The notes under the pieces: model-generated | The model's database searches: none | What the model saw: only the letters and a program-made list of their open reading frames with translations | Told to the model about the DNA's origin: nothing | Assembly: GCA_037441705.1 (NCBI GenBank) | Contig: JBBIRR010000015.1 | Coordinates: 11,068 to 75,067 of the forward strand | From: Ignavibacteriales bacterium | Lineage (GTDB): Bacteria; Bacteroidota; Ignavibacteria; UBA10030; UBA6906 | Direction of reading: 5' to 3' | Length of the DNA stretch: 64,000 nucleotides | Shown: positions 60,285 through 64,000 of the stretch, piece by piece | How positions within the stretch are numbered: the first letter of the stretch is position 1 | How the letters are laid out: every line of letters starts with the position of its first letter | Position numbers and translations under genes: made by a program

Positions 60285-61241
60285 ATGACAAAATTCAAAC
60301 GCGCAGATCTTTCCAAAATCAAAACCATCTCCATCAAGGATCGCTACAGCAAGGTATCGCCCAAGGATTTTGCGAAGCCGTTTGACGGAGCGCACGATAC
60401 CTTCGCGCATTTCGTCGAGAGCTTGCCGAACATCCTCATGGCAAGTGAGCTGCGCACACTGGTTGACGATATCGTCCGCTCACGAGCGGAAGGGAAGCCT
60501 GTCATTCTCATGATGGGAGCCCACGTCGTGAAAGTGGGGCTGGCGCCCGTGCTCATCGATTTGATTGAACGGAAAATCATCTCGGCAGTAGCGATGAACA
60601 GCGCGGCGGCCATTCACGACGTTGAGACCGCGATGTGGGGACAGACCAGCGAGGATGTTGCCGCGAACATGATGGACGGACGCTTCGGGATGGCGCGGGA
60701 AACGGGTGAGCTAATCAACGGCGTGCTGACGGAGGCATTCCGCACGTCGGACCTGGGGTATGGAGAAGCGTTGGGCAAGAAGTTGGTAGAGTTAAATGCC
60801 CCCAACGCCGCGGTGAGTCTGCTTGCAACATGTTATCAACGCAATGTTCCCATAACGGTGCACGCGGCCATCGGGACGGACATCATCCACCAGCAGCCGA
60901 CGATGGACGGCGCGGCAACAGGCGAACTGACGATGCGCGACTTCCTGACCCTGTGCGAGTTATGCAAGGGGCTTGTCGGCGGCGGTGTTGTGCTGAACGT
61001 CGGTTCGGCTGTCATCATGCCCGAAGTGTTTTTGAAAGCGCTGACGGTTGCGCGCAATCTCGGCGCACCGGCGCGCGGCTTTACCACCGCCGTGTTCGAC
61101 ATGAATACGCACTATCGCCCGACAATGAACGTCAAGCTTCGTCCGACCCAGGACGGCGGTCGCGGTTTGTACTTCACGGGCCACCACGAGATCATGGTGC
61201 CGCTTCTTGCCGCCATGATCAAAGCGCGCGTCGCCCCGTAA
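60285..61241 (+). CDS. Deoxyhypusine-synthase-like fold protein (GSU2086-like), function unknown
   Basis: MGAHVVKVGL, AAIHD.E, FGMARETG, TVH.AIGTDI.H, GSAVIMPEVFLKAL and GHHEIM.P. Confidence 0.65.
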   Translation: MTKFKRADLSKIKTISIKDRYSKVSPKDFAKPFDGAHDTFAHFVESLPNILMASELRTLVDDIVRSRAEGKPVILMMGAHVVKVGLAPVLIDLIERKIISAVAMNSAAAIHDVETAMWGQTSEDVAANMMDGRFGMARETGELINGVLTEAFRTSDLGYGEALGKKLVELNAPNAAVSLLATCYQRNVPITVHAAIGTDIIHQQPTMDGAATGELTMRDFLTLCELCKGLVGGGVVLNVGSAVIMPEVFLKALTVARNLGAPARGFTTAVFDMNTHYRPTMNVKLRPTQDGGRGLYFTGHHEIMVPLLAAMIKARVAP

Positions 61242-61254
61242 CCCTGCAACGGCC

Positions 61255-62274
61255 GTGAACACACCGGATACACCATTGGAGCAGCATCCGTCCCAGCACC
61301 CCACAACGGTGATCGAGGAGCTCTCGCTCTTCATTCGCCGCATGCCTTCCTGGCTCTTTGTGCTGGTGTCTCTTCTCGGCATCTTCGTGCTGTATCAGCT
61401 TGTCGGGGGCGTGCTGACGCTGCTCCTGTTCGGCATCAATTTGTCGGCGGGAGATGTGACGGGATTCCGGATTGCCACCATGGCGGCGCAGATAGTTTTT
61501 CTCCTCATTCCGACGATCGTGCTGGCACGCTTGCGCTTCCCGAATGTACGCAACGTGTTCCGCTTCGGCAGGCTCCATCCCTCCCATCTTGTGCTGACGA
61601 TTGTTGCGGTCCTGGCGCTGCAACAGCTTCTGCAAACTTATCTGCTGATGCAGGAAGCCGTGCCGGTAGAGTTTCCTCCGTTCATCCGCGATCTGATTGA
61701 CCAGATCAAGGAGATGATGGAACAACTGTACCGGACACTGACGACGGCCCACTCGTTCGGCGAGTTTCTCTTCGTTGTGTTCGTGATCGCGGTAACCCCT
61801 GCCGTGTGCGAAGAGCTGCTGTTCCGCGGACTGATCCAGCGCGCGCTCGAAGAGCCGTCGGAACGACAGATCGCCTCTGCTGCGGAACGCCAGAAGCGAG
61901 GGTGGGTTGCCGCCGTGATCGCGGGAGTGATTTTCGGGCTGTATCACCTCAATCCCTTCACGCTCGTTCCCCTTATCGCCCTTGGTGTGTATTTCGGGTT
62001 TGTGGTGTATCGGACACAAAACATTACGCCTGCTATCGCTGCGCATTTTGTGAACAACTTCCTTGCATGCCTTGCCGTGTACCTCCATCTCGACGAAAAC
62101 TTCATCGCCGTCTCGCCCACGGAATCGCCGACCGTGACCATGATTGTTCTGAATGCAGCCTGGAGCGCAGTGGTTTTTGTCGCTGCAACTTACTACCTTG
62201 TTCGCAGCACGAGCAGCCTCCATCAGCGTCAAGCAAGCACCGACGATCCACCATCAGAACCGATATCCGCTTGA
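61255..62274 (+). CDS. CPBP (CAAX/Abi) family intramembrane metalloprotease
   Basis: EELLFRG, FGLYH and AHFVNN motifs in a multi-pass membrane protein. Confidence 0.92.
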   Translation: MNTPDTPLEQHPSQHPTTVIEELSLFIRRMPSWLFVLVSLLGIFVLYQLVGGVLTLLLFGINLSAGDVTGFRIATMAAQIVFLLIPTIVLARLRFPNVRNVFRFGRLHPSHLVLTIVAVLALQQLLQTYLLMQEAVPVEFPPFIRDLIDQIKEMMEQLYRTLTTAHSFGEFLFVVFVIAVTPAVCEELLFRGLIQRALEEPSERQIASAAERQKRGWVAAVIAGVIFGLYHLNPFTLVPLIALGVYFGFVVYRTQNITPAIAAHFVNNFLACLAVYLHLDENFIAVSPTESPTVTMIVLNAAWSAVVFVAATYYLVRSTSSLHQRQASTDDPPSEPISA

Positions 62275-63194
62275 GCAACCTCACCCAACGTATTCTTGTC
62301 GCCCTCGTTGCTATTCCGCTGATCGTTCTCCTCAGCGTGGCGGGAGGGTGGTATTTCTACGGGATGATTTTGTTGATTGCCACGCTTGGTGTGCGTGAGT
62401 TTTACGGATTGATGAACGCGAAAGGCGCGCGCCCGCAAGTAACTCTCGGCGTGATGTTCGGCGCCGGCGTTGTGACGACGTTTTTCTGGCCGAAGTTCCG
62501 GGAGGTCGCGGAGTTGATAACGGCGCCCGTCGGGTTTGCAGCCGCGCTCCATCACGGGGAAAACGTCCTTCTGGTACTTCTGCTGTTGTTCGTTCCGATG
62601 GTGTTGGTGATCGAGCTTTTTCGGAACAATGCCTCTGCGATTCTCAATACGATGGCGACACTCTCCGGCGTGATGTACATTTCTATGTTTCTCGGCACGT
62701 TTGTCGGGCTGCGCGAGTTGTTCGCAGCAGACACGCAGCAGGCGTTTGCCGCGTTTGAGGGGATGGAGCCTCCTCAGGCATACAGGCTGGGCGGGTTTAC
62801 CGTCGTAACGGTGTTCGTTTCGCTCTGGGTGTGCGATACGTTTGCGTACTCCGCGGGACGCTTCTTCGGCAGACACAAGCTGTTCGAGCGCGTCAGTCCT
62901 CACAAAACATGGGAAGGCGCAATCGCCGGGTACGTTGGCGGTGTTGCCGTATTCCTCTTTTCACAAAACTTCCTCCTCAGTTACATGACGGTCGGGAGCG
63001 CGTTTGTGTGCGGAAGCATCATCGGCGTGTTCGGTCAGGTGGGGGATTTGGTGGAGTCGCTCCTGAAGCGCGACGCGGGCGTGAAGGACTCTTCCGCGCT
63101 CATTCCCGGACACGGCGGCGTGCTCGACCGATTCGATAGTCTCATGTTCGTCTCGCCTCTCATTTACCTCTATGTGAAGTTTGCGGTGTTGTAG
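62271..63194 (+). CDS. cdsA: Phosphatidate cytidylyltransferase
   Basis: DTFAY..G..FG.HK, SPHKTWEG and GDLVESLLKR..GVKDS..LIPGHGG.LDRFDS. TTG start overlaps the upstream stop. Confidence 0.95.
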   Translation: MSNLTQRILVALVAIPLIVLLSVAGGWYFYGMILLIATLGVREFYGLMNAKGARPQVTLGVMFGAGVVTTFFWPKFREVAELITAPVGFAAALHHGENVLLVLLLLFVPMVLVIELFRNNASAILNTMATLSGVMYISMFLGTFVGLRELFAADTQQAFAAFEGMEPPQAYRLGGFTVVTVFVSLWVCDTFAYSAGRFFGRHKLFERVSPHKTWEGAIAGYVGGVAVFLFSQNFLLSYMTVGSAFVCGSIIGVFGQVGDLVESLLKRDAGVKDSSALIPGHGGVLDRFDSLMFVSPLIYLYVKFAVL

Positions 63195-63271
63195 GGACCC
63201 GATGTGAGAATCGGTTTTGGGTTGGGTGCAGGATGCAAGATGCAGGATTCAGGGTGACAGTGTTTCCCACC

Positions 63272-63444
63272 GTCATGCTGAGCGCTGCTTTCCAAGCGCG
63301 AAGCATCCACAACCGAGGCGGGAGGCCCATGTTCGATCGGGAACGCGGTTCGGGGTTTGAGGTTCAGGATGCAAGATGCAGGATGCAGGATTCAGGGTGA
63401 TTCTCGTTCTGGATTCTTCGCTCGCTGCACTCGCTCAGAATGAC
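63272..63444. repeat. Inverted pair GTCATGCTGAGCG..CGAAGCATCC / GGATTCTTCG..CGCTCAGAATGAC (REP/MITE-like)
   Basis: Imperfect inverted halves at 63272-63308 and 63411-63444. A related half-copy lies at 30635-30676. Confidence 0.75.
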
Positions 63445-63463
63445 GCCGCAGAATCTGCGCCCG

Positions 63464-63649
63464 CCAAAATCGTCGAGCGTGTGCGGGAGGAAGATTCAAT
63501 CGAAGGGGTTAAGTTTCGGTGAAGCTGCACATCGCGTTCGGACCTCTGCGCCCTCTCCCACCGAAACGTACGGCACGCGGGCGGCGATTGAATCGTGCGT
63601 TACGATTTTGGATGTTCTCTTGGTTACTTCTCTTCCAAAGAGAAGTAAC
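63464..63649. other. Highly structured non-coding element (three nested perfect helices plus a 12-bp hairpin)
   Basis: Perfect pairs 63464-63473/63602-63611, 63493-63502/63585-63594 and 63513-63521/63559-63567. Hairpin at 63623-63634/63638-63649. Confidence 0.65.
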
Positions 63650-63737
63650 AACAAGTAACGTGTCGGAAGCGGGCTTCGGGGTTTGAGGTTCAGGATGCAA
63701 GATGCTGGATTCAGGACGCACGGATCGGAACATGATA

Positions 63738-63920
63738 AGGTCGCCCCGATGGGGCTTGCGCGATGTCTTTGCCGTTGAGTTCTACAAACAGTGCCGCTCC
63801 TACGGAGCGGATGGTGCACGGCAAGCCTCACGCTGTTCACACAGAGAGTCCCGTAGGGACGACCTGTTTGTAGCAATAGCATTTCCCCGAAGAACAGAAG
63901 CCCCGTAGGGGCGACCTGTT
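63738..63920. repeat. Four REP-like palindromic units, consensus AGCCCCGTAGGGGCGACCTGTTTGTAG
   Basis: Minus-orientation units at 63738-63757 and 63782-63808. Plus-orientation units at 63847-63873 and 63898-63920. Confidence 0.75.
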
Positions 63921-64000
63921 GGCAGCACGACACAATGGGCTGGTGTGATGATAGAGGTGCTTTTGCGTTAGGCGGCCGGAGGGTGCCCGCCGCTTTGAGG

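Larger units (their letters stand above)
63224..63720 (+). repeat. Three clusters of heptamer tandem repeats (GGATGCA/AGATGCA/GGATTCA)
   Basis: Clusters at ~63224-63257, ~63349-63400 and ~63675-63720. The last two share the prefix TTCGGGGTTTGAGGTTCA. Confidence 0.85.

Noticed and set aside
63224-63920. Possible CRISPR array
   Set aside because: The repeats are heterogeneous, irregularly spaced and in both orientations, and there are no cas genes.
63440-63933. ORFs in the terminal repeat region (e.g. 63496..63933 -)
   Set aside because: They are translations of repeat DNA (e.g. LNPASCILN) with no protein-like features.

Overview
Mostly core chromosome of an FCB-group bacterium, most likely Ignavibacteria or Bacteroidota. 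This is inferred from the gene set (lpxB/lpxK, gatB, ppdK, membrane PPase) and several TAnnTTTG -7 promoter elements. About 50 CDS are present, nearly all on the + strand, and I found no rRNA, tRNA, CRISPR array or transposase. Main points of interest: (1) a four-gene operon of two Ddl-like ATP-grasp ligases, a GNAT and a KamA-type radical-SAM aminomutase (51.5-55.6 kb), a candidate beta-amino-acid peptide pathway; (2) a signal-peptide-bearing leader ORF whose stop is flanked by two anti-Shine-Dalgarno copies able to sequester the RBS of a 40-aa membrane protein (44.2-44.7 kb), a candidate attenuation switch; (3) metH split in frame at a surface loop, with an 8-bp periodic repeat in the gap; (4) an ABC-ATPase/TOPRIM-like pair and an AAA_14/DUF4143 gene with tandem palindromes, both candidate defence insertions; (5) several apparent pseudo-enzymes; (6) a dense patch of repeats and structured DNA at 63.2-63.9 kb. 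All calls come from motif recognition; no database searches were run.
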